Shown in pieces: positions 37,301 through 45,625 of a DNA stretch of 64,000 nucleotides. Origin of the DNA: an uncultured virus (IMG/VR IMGVR_UViG_2199352004_000009) (lineage: Duplodnaviria > Heunggongvirae > Uroviricota > Caudoviricetes); the IMG/VR virus record IMGVR_UViG_2199352004_000009; one strand, given 5' to 3'. Position numbers and translations under genes: made by a program. The first letter of the stretch is position 1. Every line of letters begins with the position of its first letter. The notes below the pieces were generated by a model. It saw only the letters and a list, made by a program, of their open reading frames with translations. It was not told the DNA's origin and ran no database searches.

Positions 37301-39161
37301 AGATATGAAGTTCAAACTAAACAAAGCTGCATTTACAACTAATACTGTAGGTAGCGTAGCGTTTGAAAATGCTAATGTTCCAGATTCTAGTCTACAGAAC
37401 AATCCTTTGCTATTCACAGCAGGTTCTAGAAAGGTTAGAGTTTCGCACGACAACCATGGCATGAATACAGAATCTGTTGTAGCTATTAAAGCACTACCAC
37501 CTGTAGCAATTGGTGAAATTTATAGTGCAAAGAATTCTGCAATCGTTTCAGGTATTGGTACAAAGTTTGCAACTACAAACGCAATTGTTCCAGGCGCTGT
37601 TATCTACAGAGAAGATGGCAAAGTTATCGGCGAAGTTTTATCTGTCGCCAGCGATACTCAGCTTACTCTAAAAAGCACATCAAACTCTAACTATGGTATT
37701 ATATCAAACACTGAGCCATTTAGATTCATGAACCCATTAAATGGTGTTTCTCCTAATGAGATCTTTAAGTTGGATAGCAACGGAAACTATCTAAATCATA
37801 ATATAGATTCTGTTGAGCTTGATAGTTATGTTATCACTATTGGTAGCGAAAATTTACAGACAACTTTAAATACTTCTACCACATCAGTTACACTATCTAC
37901 TGGCGATACTTCTAATATGTTTGTTGGACAACCAGTTATAAAGACAAGCGGCACTGGAGTCTTTGCTGACAGCACTACAGTTGCTTCTATAACAAACTCT
38001 AGTACATTCGTGTTAAGTGCAGCCCCAACTACTAATGGCGCTATTGTGTTCTCTGTTGGTGATATTCCTAACGTAACTGGTGAACGTGGTGGCGATGGTG
38101 TACTAGCATCTAGAGACGTTCCATATGATATGTTTAATCCATCTATAAACATTGAAAATTATACTGGAACTAATAGCATTATTACATATCAGGGTGTTAC
38201 AGGAAAGAGCATGGACGGAGCGCAAACTCCTTACCAAACATTCTTACAGGCTAACCTACCATATACAAACACCTTTAGTATCACTCCTGGTGAGGATAAC
38301 TATACTCCAGTTCCAATGGTTATTGCTTCTAAGGAAAACTCTGTTGCGAAAGATTTGAATTTATCTACATTGACATCTTTAAGAAATACAGCGATTATTA
38401 ATGCAGAACTAATCACATCAAATCCAGATGTGTCACCTATTATTAATATTGAAAACGTGGCTATCACTGCGGTGTCTAATAAGACAAACAACCCATCCAC
38501 CTCTATGAATATCGATCCTATTGATTACATAGAAGTAGTTTCTGCAGATCAAGGAATTGTGTTTGATGGTACTGGTGTTATGGTTGTGCAAGATTCAGCT
38601 TTATATGAAGCTATTTCTGGTATAATTTCTGGACAGTATATTGTAATTTCTGGTTCTGGCGTTACTCAAAATAATGGAACATGGTTTGTGACTGATGTTG
38701 ACCCAGAAGGAAAATCATTAACTATTCAGGGTGTATTGAATGCCAAGGCAGCATCCGAGCCTATTACTATTAAAGCATTGGATCGTTTCTTCTCTGAGCG
38801 AACACCAGTTGGCAGTTCCAGCATTAACAAATATGTTACTCGTAAACTAAAATTTGCAAACCCATGCACATCAGTTAAGATTAAATTTGATGCTGACGTT
38901 CCACCAGCAGCAAATATTGGAGTATACTACAAATTAAATCCATCTGGAACTGAAACAGACTTTAACTTTGTAGAATATGAAAATGCCAGAACAACAGTTC
39001 CTGCAAATCTAAAGAGTAAAGACTCATCATTCTTTGAACACGAGATTGATCTAGATGACTTACCTTCTTTTGATGCCATAACAATTAAACTTGTTATGAC
39101 CTCGACTGATTCTACACAAATACCTAGAATTTCAGATCTGCGAATAATTGCTCTTGCTTAA
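31365..39161 (+). CDS. very large virion structural protein (VrlC/DUF4815-like)
   Basis: PYYDDFD..K.FLKILFRPG..VQARELNQLQ, LARRTYDESGNY, RYTMADIGKLEQRI, FKNGFVVDNF and DPLAQTF. Confidence 0.8.
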   Translation: MTINFNAEPYYDDFDENKKFLKILFRPGYGVQARELNQLQSILQSQISRVGDHLFKEGSVIIPGEIGFDNALSYVKLTATVGTSGTDGFLPALVGNILVGQTTGVRAKVLTYTTKTSADPSMVYVKYINSGTNGTTKVFAAAETLVSEETGVSVTVQSSAATGVSSGATIQQGVFYVKKNFVLVDAQTIVIDKYSKTPTAKICLEIVEDTVTPEEDETLLDNAAGSFNYSAPGAHRYTISLNLVKKSYDFTIGEGTNFIEILRVKNGNIEYLVNKTLYNELEHTLARRTYDESGNYVVKNFPINIKEFRNNDRGTYVVNKPYLANDIVAHTTAGGVKNFYRALNTGFSDSNTTPRSTAGSTGIVVWQEVSVPPYNNGVYTASTTYTTTTQHEADEAKLAVGLGAGKGYIFGYEVETKATFYTPLLKARATSNDQDLQFSTDLGQYIVVQNLNSFPDVSTYPEVLLYEDPTVTLGVSSGLKRGTARIRAIEYESGAMGTSQARYKVFLFNVVMDLVPSGNGRRYSITNRIKQIVIPAASTSATFTADLALNAVQTSGTVIISGKSIFGTGTSFLTEYEAGEYVYINGTYSRVQTVVSNTAMTLNTNVAGTTSIVIDASSASVVNTSTDVISSTAHGFSTGVEVSYDAGTISTSSGDSISVDTTTDVITVPSTTGLSAGKVIKFGANIAGISANKSYYVKTVPNGTTFTISETPSGATLDLTAEVTKTVTSIVPSTNTIVLSDATNIAVNDKVTFAGTTFGSIVAGTNYFIKTLAANVATISTSSGGTEFDITAVTTTATGVEKTTNFVVVSSVAGMAVGNTITLSGTAFGGLAATTYFIRSIDTAAKKITISTSSGGTAVVFANTASGSMTVTLNTVVTSMTMADAVVTKTSSLSFDANAIGGLVDGGSYFVYAGTSASPTPNSFVLYNSRTGAETGGSLGKMDITAVGTGTAHIFTRNTTSGVKIEKAYRPLVNAGATSLIFKLPYPVIKNVSDVRYTSTRTYIGTIASGSVAVSCDTPYQFANPLAIGSYQLVSRATGQNLTYSGATRSNNNTTIEFTGLGSNNGQQVVIQTTLDASVTTSPKIKTLKSVTHTVTSKSIGESNAIYTGKADGIRIVSVNMDTGSWGQPSGQYTTNITDRFNFITNQTDSYYGISFIQLKDGKSKPTAPIRIVFEHYEHSGSGDFFSVKSYDGIPYQTIPVYNGFALADCIDFRPKVTDNFTGAVVFTDDETLMPKFGTDMVLDLEYYLGKKCKVFMDRNGKVTISEGVSTLVNQPAAPEISDNVLLYDIQLQPYTFGTSSTNILIKGVDNKRYTMADIGKLEQRINNLEYYTSLSLLESETQNLTIRDADGLEKFKNGFVVDNFTGHAIGDTTNPDYLNSIDFESRMLRPFFVQDQIPFVEVASSTNDRTARNYALTGKYITLPFTETTYIEQVRSSSSEKINPFAFFTFLGNMTITPASDTWFEVKRRPDIIVEEKEGNYNTIKNLAEKAGVLGTIWGSWEKNWAGRSEKTTSSQTYAAYSVGGGGFAGGWGVNSQSFTVSTVQVSVPKSRKGTETYVKTIYDERVLEDKILSTTILPYMRSRRLTVQTKGLKGDTVFYPFFDGRNIQEYCTPAEKIIFNARTGKSSIFDTVSRAGNNYSETARLFAGDSTDLSISVGDVLIEYNSAGTVATGVTAIVVGWEKYDAGPDAGKFAVYVVNRKYPVNATTTGFVAGNVIKGTLSEAEGAVVSATTTRAGGELRTSLQGSLNFIFYVPNTTAVKFNTGSNELALLDFETYDKKSSTSSATKAFTASGIYQERQNQIQRIRNGELATRQVSDSDIDKTTETRFSNSPGWYDPLAQTFLVQETNGVFVTSVDLYFYKKDVSAPVMIEIREVVNGYPGKTVLTTSKTQIAASEIKTSDNSSLATNIKFPSPTYLNGNTEYCLVLLSNSDVPEVFVAKQGELSKENGGQIDKQPYMGVFFKSQNASTWTAEQMTDMKFKLNKAAFTTNTVGSVAFENANVPDSSLQNNPLLFTAGSRKVRVSHDNHGMNTESVVAIKALPPVAIGEIYSAKNSAIVSGIGTKFATTNAIVPGAVIYREDGKVIGEVLSVASDTQLTLKSTSNSNYGIISNTEPFRFMNPLNGVSPNEIFKLDSNGNYLNHNIDSVELDSYVITIGSENLQTTLNTSTTSVTLSTGDTSNMFVGQPVIKTSGTGVFADSTTVASITNSSTFVLSAAPTTNGAIVFSVGDIPNVTGERGGDGVLASRDVPYDMFNPSINIENYTGTNSIITYQGVTGKSMDGAQTPYQTFLQANLPYTNTFSITPGEDNYTPVPMVIASKENSVAKDLNLSTLTSLRNTAIINAELITSNPDVSPIINIENVAITAVSNKTNNPSTSMNIDPIDYIEVVSADQGIVFDGTGVMVVQDSALYEAISGIISGQYIVISGSGVTQNNGTWFVTDVDPEGKSLTIQGVLNAKAASEPITIKALDRFFSERTPVGSSSINKYVTRKLKFANPCTSVKIKFDADVPPAANIGVYYKLNPSGTETDFNFVEYENARTTVPANLKSKDSSFFEHEIDLDDLPSFDAITIKLVMTSTDSTQIPRISDLRIIALA

Positions 39162-39163
39162 TT

Positions 39164-39388
39164 ATGGAATTGTTAAAGGTTGAAAACCACGAGGGTCTCT
39201 ATAGAGACCCTCTAACTAATGTTATTATAAATAACAATAGCAAAGCATATACAGAATATATTAAAAGAAAACAATTGTTAGAGAAAAAGCAACAAGAGTC
39301 AATTTTTAGAGATCAAGAAATTGAAGGTCTTAAACGTGATATCGCTGAGATAAAAAAGATGCTTTTAGATGCACTCGATAAAAGGTAA
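39164..39388 (+). CDS. small coiled-coil hypothetical protein
   Basis: KVENHEGLYRD...IAEIKKML; directly follows the VrlC-like gene. Confidence 0.65.
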   Translation: MELLKVENHEGLYRDPLTNVIINNNSKAYTEYIKRKQLLEKKQQESIFRDQEIEGLKRDIAEIKKMLLDALDKR

Positions 39389-39391
39389 CAA

Positions 39392-41386
39392 ATGCCATTA
39401 GTATTAAGAACCGCTGTAGGTAGAACTACTCCCTTAACCAACACTGAGTTGGATTCTAACTTCACGTATCTAGAATCGTATACTGCTACAAAAGTTAGTA
39501 TAGTTGACTATAACTATCTTACGATCAGATCAAACCTAAATGCTGCACCAACAAGTGGTGGTAATAGAGGGTTTGAGTCTAACTTAGATGTTAGATACTT
39601 GCAAGGTCACGAGCCAAATAACGTATTACCTAGTACAACAAATAAAAGTTCAGTTGTACTTCGCGATGCCAATGGTGACTTTACTGCTCGTTACATAACT
39701 GCATCTTCTTTTGAAGGTAGATCTACAACATCTGGTGTTGCTGAACAAGCAACAAAATTAGTAACTAAAAGAAAAATCAATGATGTAGACTTTGATGGTA
39801 CTGCAGCAATCACCATTTTTGATAAAACAAAGTTACCCTTAACTACACAGTTTGTAGCTACTGCTGTTACTGTAGGTGTAACATACATTATTGATGATTT
39901 AGGATCAACAAACTGGGTTGCTATGGGAGCATCAGCAAACGCTGTTGGTGTTATTTTCTATTGTAGTGCTGTAGGTACTGGAACAGGTAAATGTTCAACA
40001 GTAATGCTAGACAAACTAAACCTTGCGACATCTACTACTACTAGAGCAAGTGTTAGATTGAATCACGGAACTGCTCCTACTACTCCACTAAATGGAGATA
40101 TCTGGACAACTACTGTCGGGCAGTTTAACTACATAAACGGAAATACAAAAACTGTTGCATATACAGATTCAAGTATAACTGGAACTTCTAGTAATATTAC
40201 TGGCGTTGCAGCAATTGCAAATGGTGGTACTGGAAAAACTACAGTGGCTGAAGGTCGTGCTGCGTTAGATGCAGCTAAACTTGGCGCTAACTCTGATATA
40301 ACATCTATTACAGGATTAACTACTGCACTAGCTACAAGTCAGGGTGGCACTGGAATGGGATCTCCTGGTTCCTCAGGAAACATTCTTATTAGTAATGGTT
40401 CTATTTGGACTACAGCTAAACCTTCTGGAACATGGGATATAAACATCTCTGGAGTTGCAGCAACTACCACTCGATTAGTCTCTACAGATTCAAGAAACGA
40501 TGTAACTACACCAAGTACTTTAGCATCTCCTGGTGTTCTTTTTGACTTTAAAAGAAATGATCTAGCAGGTGGATTGACTGATGGTGGAACATATCACGGT
40601 CTAATGACTTTCCGTAAATATGGTTCAACAACAGATTGGACTGGCGGTAAATCACATCAACTTGGATTCACAGATAACAATAATTTATTCATTAGAAGTG
40701 GCACTTTGGCTGAGTGGGGTGCCTGGCATAAGATTGTTACAAGCAACAACTATAATGATTATGCGCCATCTAAAACTGGTACAGGTGCTAGTGGAACATG
40801 GGGAATTAGTATTAGTGGATCTGCTGCGTCAGCTGGAACTGCCACCTCGGCAGGCAGTGCTACTCTAGCAGCTAGTGCAACAAAACTAGCAACAGCTAGA
40901 ACAATCAATGGTGTATCTTTTGATGGTACTGCAAATATTACAATTGCAGACAGTAATAAATTTGGCACTGGTGGTGGAACTCTTACTGGTAATATTACAA
41001 TTGCTAACGCTAGCCCTACAATATTCTTAGATGATACCACCACCACCACTGGAGCTGGCGCAGCTGGAATAGAATTAGCTATTTCTGTTCAAGGTGAAAA
41101 CTTTATCATTTATGAACCAGATGATGGTGATCGTGAATGGTTTAAGATAACAGATGAGAGTTTTACTGGCGATGCATCTGCATATGTATATGGTAAGAAA
41201 GTTCTAGATGATACAAACTATACTGGTTATGTTCCATCAAAGACAGGTACAGGTGCTTCTGGTACATGGGCTATTAATATTACTGGAGATGCTGCAAATG
41301 CTCCTAAATGGGGTGGATCAAGAAAGTTTGTACAAACTTCAGAACCATCAGGTGCTGTTAATGGTGATATCTGGTTTAAGGTATAA
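39392..41386 (+). CDS. tail fibre-like protein
   Basis: PLTNTELDSNF N-terminus; repeated KLATARTINGVSFDGTANI and TGTGASGTW fibre motifs; C-terminal GDIWF. Confidence 0.7.
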   Translation: MPLVLRTAVGRTTPLTNTELDSNFTYLESYTATKVSIVDYNYLTIRSNLNAAPTSGGNRGFESNLDVRYLQGHEPNNVLPSTTNKSSVVLRDANGDFTARYITASSFEGRSTTSGVAEQATKLVTKRKINDVDFDGTAAITIFDKTKLPLTTQFVATAVTVGVTYIIDDLGSTNWVAMGASANAVGVIFYCSAVGTGTGKCSTVMLDKLNLATSTTTRASVRLNHGTAPTTPLNGDIWTTTVGQFNYINGNTKTVAYTDSSITGTSSNITGVAAIANGGTGKTTVAEGRAALDAAKLGANSDITSITGLTTALATSQGGTGMGSPGSSGNILISNGSIWTTAKPSGTWDINISGVAATTTRLVSTDSRNDVTTPSTLASPGVLFDFKRNDLAGGLTDGGTYHGLMTFRKYGSTTDWTGGKSHQLGFTDNNNLFIRSGTLAEWGAWHKIVTSNNYNDYAPSKTGTGASGTWGISISGSAASAGTATSAGSATLAASATKLATARTINGVSFDGTANITIADSNKFGTGGGTLTGNITIANASPTIFLDDTTTTTGAGAAGIELAISVQGENFIIYEPDDGDREWFKITDESFTGDASAYVYGKKVLDDTNYTGYVPSKTGTGASGTWAINITGDAANAPKWGGSRKFVQTSEPSGAVNGDIWFKV

Positions 41387-41388
41387 CA

Positions 41389-42816
41389 ATGCTACAATTA
41401 GCATATAGTGGTCAAGTTAGACAACTCACAGTTACTGCAGCATCTAGAATATACTATACTCTAGTTGGCGCAGGTGGCGGTGGTGGAGGTTCTGATTCTG
41501 CTGGAGGGACTCGTGGTACTTCTGGGGATAAACTTGGCGGGTTTGTAGACGTAAATGCAAACGAAACTTTATACGTTGCAGTCGGCGGTGGCGGTGGTGC
41601 TGGCGCAAGTGGTGGTTATGCTGCTGGTGGAGCAGGTGGTGCTTCATTAATTGGATTTACAGGCGGTAACGGTGGTAATGCTGGTCCATGGGGTAGTTCA
41701 GGTGGCGGTGGCGGTGGTGGCGCAGCCACGGTACTGTATAAAATAGTTAATGGCCAAAGACAAATAATTGCTGTAGCTTCTGGAGGAGCTGGTGGTGGAG
41801 GCGGCGGAAATCGCGTAGCTGGAGTATTTTCTGGAGACTCATATCTTGAATCTTCTACAGCTAGTATTCCATCTACATATCTAGATGCAGGAAGTAATGG
41901 AGCTTGGAATAGTATTGGTAATGACTACGGTGTTTGGGATTCCACATACTATCAATGGGCATGGGCTAATTTTACATGGGCATTTAATGCACCTTATACT
42001 GGAAATTACACAGTTAGATTAAGTGTTGATAATTATGGTGGTTTTTTTGTGAATGGTACCGCAGTTCTTTACACTCCACAAGATTCTCGCGCATCTAACT
42101 ACAATTCTTATGTAGAAACAACATTTAGTATGAATGCTGGACTGAACATACTAAAATTATCTGGTGCAAATTCTGGTGGTCCAGCATTCCTTGGTGCATT
42201 AGTTTACAATAATTCAGGAACTTTAGTTTGGAGTTCTAAAAGCAATCCCAATATAAGCAGCGCTGGTGGTATGGGTGGTGACGGACAGCAACACAGATAT
42301 GATGGTGGTGGCGCAGGTGGTGGCGGTGGTGGACACATTGGTGGGCGTGGCGGTTATGTTGCAGGTGATCTTAGATATGTCAATAACATATACGGTAGTG
42401 GATATTTTGGTTATGCAGACTGGGGCGCAATGTCTGGCTCTCGCGGAACTAGTATAAATTATGGAATAACAGTTGCAGCAGGTGCTGGTGGCGGATCAAT
42501 GAATAATGATTATGGAACTTTTGGTGCAGCAAGTTCTAATGGCACTAGTGGTTATGCCGCATTTTCTTCTAAAACCACTTCACTTAGTACATATTCTGGT
42601 AATTGGAAAACTATTAATGATGTTTATATTAGACAAAACAACCAATGGATAGAACCTAAAAACGTTTACGTTAGACAAAACGACGAATGGGTTAATATGT
42701 ACAGTAACAACGTACCCGCAGCAACAACAGCAAGCAGTGAACCATTTATAAGATCTTCTTGGAGAGAAGTTCAATTTATTGAGTATCCAGCACCAGCATA
42801 TAACTATGATGCGTAA
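41389..42816 (+). CDS. glycine-rich fibre tip / adhesin-like protein
   Basis: GAGGGGG tracts flanking a beta-sandwich-like segment. Confidence 0.6.
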   Translation: MLQLAYSGQVRQLTVTAASRIYYTLVGAGGGGGGSDSAGGTRGTSGDKLGGFVDVNANETLYVAVGGGGGAGASGGYAAGGAGGASLIGFTGGNGGNAGPWGSSGGGGGGGAATVLYKIVNGQRQIIAVASGGAGGGGGGNRVAGVFSGDSYLESSTASIPSTYLDAGSNGAWNSIGNDYGVWDSTYYQWAWANFTWAFNAPYTGNYTVRLSVDNYGGFFVNGTAVLYTPQDSRASNYNSYVETTFSMNAGLNILKLSGANSGGPAFLGALVYNNSGTLVWSSKSNPNISSAGGMGGDGQQHRYDGGGAGGGGGGHIGGRGGYVAGDLRYVNNIYGSGYFGYADWGAMSGSRGTSINYGITVAAGAGGGSMNNDYGTFGAASSNGTSGYAAFSSKTTSLSTYSGNWKTINDVYIRQNNQWIEPKNVYVRQNDEWVNMYSNNVPAATTASSEPFIRSSWREVQFIEYPAPAYNYDA

Positions 42817-42857
42817 ATCCCAACCTAAATAATTCTAGTATAATTTAAAGAACAAAA

Positions 42858-45041
42858 ATGGCACAGTTAAATCTTAGAACAGCTCTTTCATTTGGTCTGA
42901 CAAACACTCAGATAGACAACAACTTTACGTCGTTGCAAAGAGACACTACACTTGCAGTTTCTAATGCTGTGCCATGGGCTCCAAGTACAGCATACACATT
43001 AGGACAAATATTATATACTCATGAAAATGCGTATCCTGGAGGTGGCGCAGAAAGTCTTGGTTTCTTAAAAGTTGGCGTTAATTATGTTATAACATCTGCC
43101 TTTGCTCAAGCATTAACTAGTGTAGTTATAACTGGTACTGGCGGAACTTTTACATGTGCTTCTGCCTCACTTTCTGTTGGTCAAGCTATTAACATTAGAG
43201 GTTTTAATAATGGTACTGGTTCTATCACAGGATACTCCAATACTGAAATAAACGTTTATTACATCACTGCAACAAACGGAACTACCTCGTTTACTCTTTC
43301 TGCAACTGTTGGCGGTGCAGCAATTACTACTACTGCAGGAACTCCATCTGGGATCTCTGTTTTCAGAACATCTGCTACTACTACTGCTGGAGCACCAAGC
43401 AACTTTGATGGAACTGTATTTACAGCAACATCAGCAGGTTCTGGTATTGGTTCTGGTGTTGTCAAGCGTGTAACTAGATACTATCAGGTGACTACTGCAG
43501 GAACTACTAACACAACAGCACCAAATTGGATAGCACCTACAAGTTCTACTTCTGGCTCAGTTACCTTATTGGGTATAGATCTACCACCAGCTTACTCACC
43601 AGCCGATGTTTTAGAAAAGATTAAATTAGTTGATGGTGCTGGATCTGGTCTAGATGCTGATCTATTAGATGGTCAAAATGGTAGTTACTACTTAGATACC
43701 AGCGCAAGTTCACAAACAAAAACAGGTGACTTGACCATTAATGGAAACTTAACCGTCAATGGAACTACCACAACAATAAATTCTTCTACTGTTGCAGTAG
43801 ATGATAAGAATATTGAACTAGGCTCAGTGACTGCAGTAACAGGGTTGGTTGCAACACTAGCAACTGGAACTGTACTTGTTACACTAACTACAGGAACAAC
43901 TGCAGGATTAATCCCTGGGCAAGCATTAACTAAAACATCTGGCGCTGGTGCATTTGGTGCAAGCCCTGTAATTGCTAGTATTGAAAGTTTAACTCAATTC
44001 ACTGCATCTGTTAATCATGCGACTTTAGGATCGATTACTTTTAATGTTGGTGGTGTCACTGACGCCACTGCCAACAATGGTGGTATTACACTTAAGGGTG
44101 CGACAGATAAGACATTTAGCTGGCTTAGTGCTTCTACTGCATGGACCTCATCAGAAGATCTAAATCTTGTTACTAGTAAAGTTTATAAGATTAATGGAAC
44201 ATCAGTTCTAAGTGCAACCACTCTTGGCTCTGGTGTTACTGGTTCTTCTCTAACTTCGGTTGGAACTATTGGAACAGGCACTTGGCAGGGCACAGTAGTT
44301 GGACCAACATACGGTGGCACTGGTGTTAACAACGGCACTAAGACTATCACTTTAGGTGGTAACTTCACGCACAGTGGTGCACATACACTAAGTCTAACTA
44401 CTACTGGTAATACCGCAGTAACACTACCAACTACAGGTACTCTTGCTACATTAGATGGTAGTGAAACATTCTCTAATAAGGCATTTAGTACAGGGGTGGT
44501 GATAACTACGTCGGGCTACGGTGGAGCACCCTACGTACCTAATGTGTTTTCAGGTGAGATGGCAACATTGGACGTAAATGACAGTGGCATTAATGGTGCT
44601 AATATTAGATTAATTGGTAATGAAGCGGTAGGACCAGGACAGCCTGGTCCTAATAAAACTATAAGAGCGTACCTTAGTACACTGCAGGTTATGAACCATG
44701 CATATAATGCTGCTATTCTGCAATTAACAGATACTGGTGCTCTTACTGTTTCTGGAAACGTTACTGCATTCTCGGATGCTAGACTTAAGAGCAGCTTAAA
44801 CGTTATCACTGATGCATTGGCCAAGGTAGAACAGCTAACTGGATATACCTATACTAGAACTGATAGTGGTGAGCGTCAGACTGGTGTCTTGGCTCAGGAT
44901 GCTATTAAAGTTTTACCAGAAGTTGTAGATGCTACTGGTCCGTACATGTCTGTTGCTTATGGAAACTTTGCTGGATTGATCTTTGAAGCTATTAAAGAAC
45001 TGCATGCAAAAGTTAAAGATCTTGAAAATAAAATAAAATAA
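42858..45041 (+). CDS. tail fibre with C-terminal S74-type intramolecular chaperone
   Basis: DGAGSGLDADLLDG, GNLTVNGTTTTINS and C-terminal TAFSDARLK..GVLAQD..LPEVV..EAIKEL; TAAATA at 42826-42831. Confidence 0.8.
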   Translation: MAQLNLRTALSFGLTNTQIDNNFTSLQRDTTLAVSNAVPWAPSTAYTLGQILYTHENAYPGGGAESLGFLKVGVNYVITSAFAQALTSVVITGTGGTFTCASASLSVGQAINIRGFNNGTGSITGYSNTEINVYYITATNGTTSFTLSATVGGAAITTTAGTPSGISVFRTSATTTAGAPSNFDGTVFTATSAGSGIGSGVVKRVTRYYQVTTAGTTNTTAPNWIAPTSSTSGSVTLLGIDLPPAYSPADVLEKIKLVDGAGSGLDADLLDGQNGSYYLDTSASSQTKTGDLTINGNLTVNGTTTTINSSTVAVDDKNIELGSVTAVTGLVATLATGTVLVTLTTGTTAGLIPGQALTKTSGAGAFGASPVIASIESLTQFTASVNHATLGSITFNVGGVTDATANNGGITLKGATDKTFSWLSASTAWTSSEDLNLVTSKVYKINGTSVLSATTLGSGVTGSSLTSVGTIGTGTWQGTVVGPTYGGTGVNNGTKTITLGGNFTHSGAHTLSLTTTGNTAVTLPTTGTLATLDGSETFSNKAFSTGVVITTSGYGGAPYVPNVFSGEMATLDVNDSGINGANIRLIGNEAVGPGQPGPNKTIRAYLSTLQVMNHAYNAAILQLTDTGALTVSGNVTAFSDARLKSSLNVITDALAKVEQLTGYTYTRTDSGERQTGVLAQDAIKVLPEVVDATGPYMSVAYGNFAGLIFEAIKELHAKVKDLENKIK

Positions 45042-45053
45042 ATAGAAGGTAAC

Positions 45054-45395
45054 ATGGCAACGATTTCTAATCTCTATATTGATCAGGGCTCAGAATTTAT
45101 ATCTGTTTTAGACCTTGAAAATAATGATGGTACACCTATGAATCTCACGGGATTTAGTGCATATTCTCAATTTAGAAAAAGTTATGGATCTGCCACTGCG
45201 TTTACCTTTGAAACTTTGATACTCATACCAAACACTAGTGGTAAATTACAATTGAAACTTACTGGCGCAAATTCATCTTTGATAAGACCAGGAAGATACC
45301 TATACGATGTTGAAATCGTTTCATCGACTAACGTAAAAACACGAGTTGTTGAAGGTATATTAACTATTAACCCAGAAATCACGAAGATACCATGA
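45054..45395 (+). CDS. small virion structural/adaptor protein
   Basis: NLYIDQGS..GRYLYDVEI..RVVEGI; TAAATA at 45039-45044. Confidence 0.65.
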   Translation: MATISNLYIDQGSEFISVLDLENNDGTPMNLTGFSAYSQFRKSYGSATAFTFETLILIPNTSGKLQLKLTGANSSLIRPGRYLYDVEIVSSTNVKTRVVEGILTINPEITKIP

Positions 45396-45604
45396 AAGTA
45401 AAAGTTAATACAACAGGCACTAGCCAAGTTATTGGCATTGGTATACAAGGTCCAGCTGGACCAAATGCTACACTTGCAACGCTACCAGACATAAACGTAA
45501 CTAATCTACAAAATGGTTCTGTATTAGTATATTCTACACTAACGCAAAAGTGGGTTTCTACAACAACACTTGAGTCCCAAACCATGGAAGGTGGATTCTT
45601 TTAA
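45392..45604 (+). CDS. small fibre-associated protein
   Basis: GIQGPAG..L.D..V..LQNGSVLVY....KW..EGGFF. Confidence 0.6.
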   Translation: MKVKVNTTGTSQVIGIGIQGPAGPNATLATLPDINVTNLQNGSVLVYSTLTQKWVSTTTLESQTMEGGFF

Positions 45605-45625
45605 CGGATCAACGGAGAAAAATAA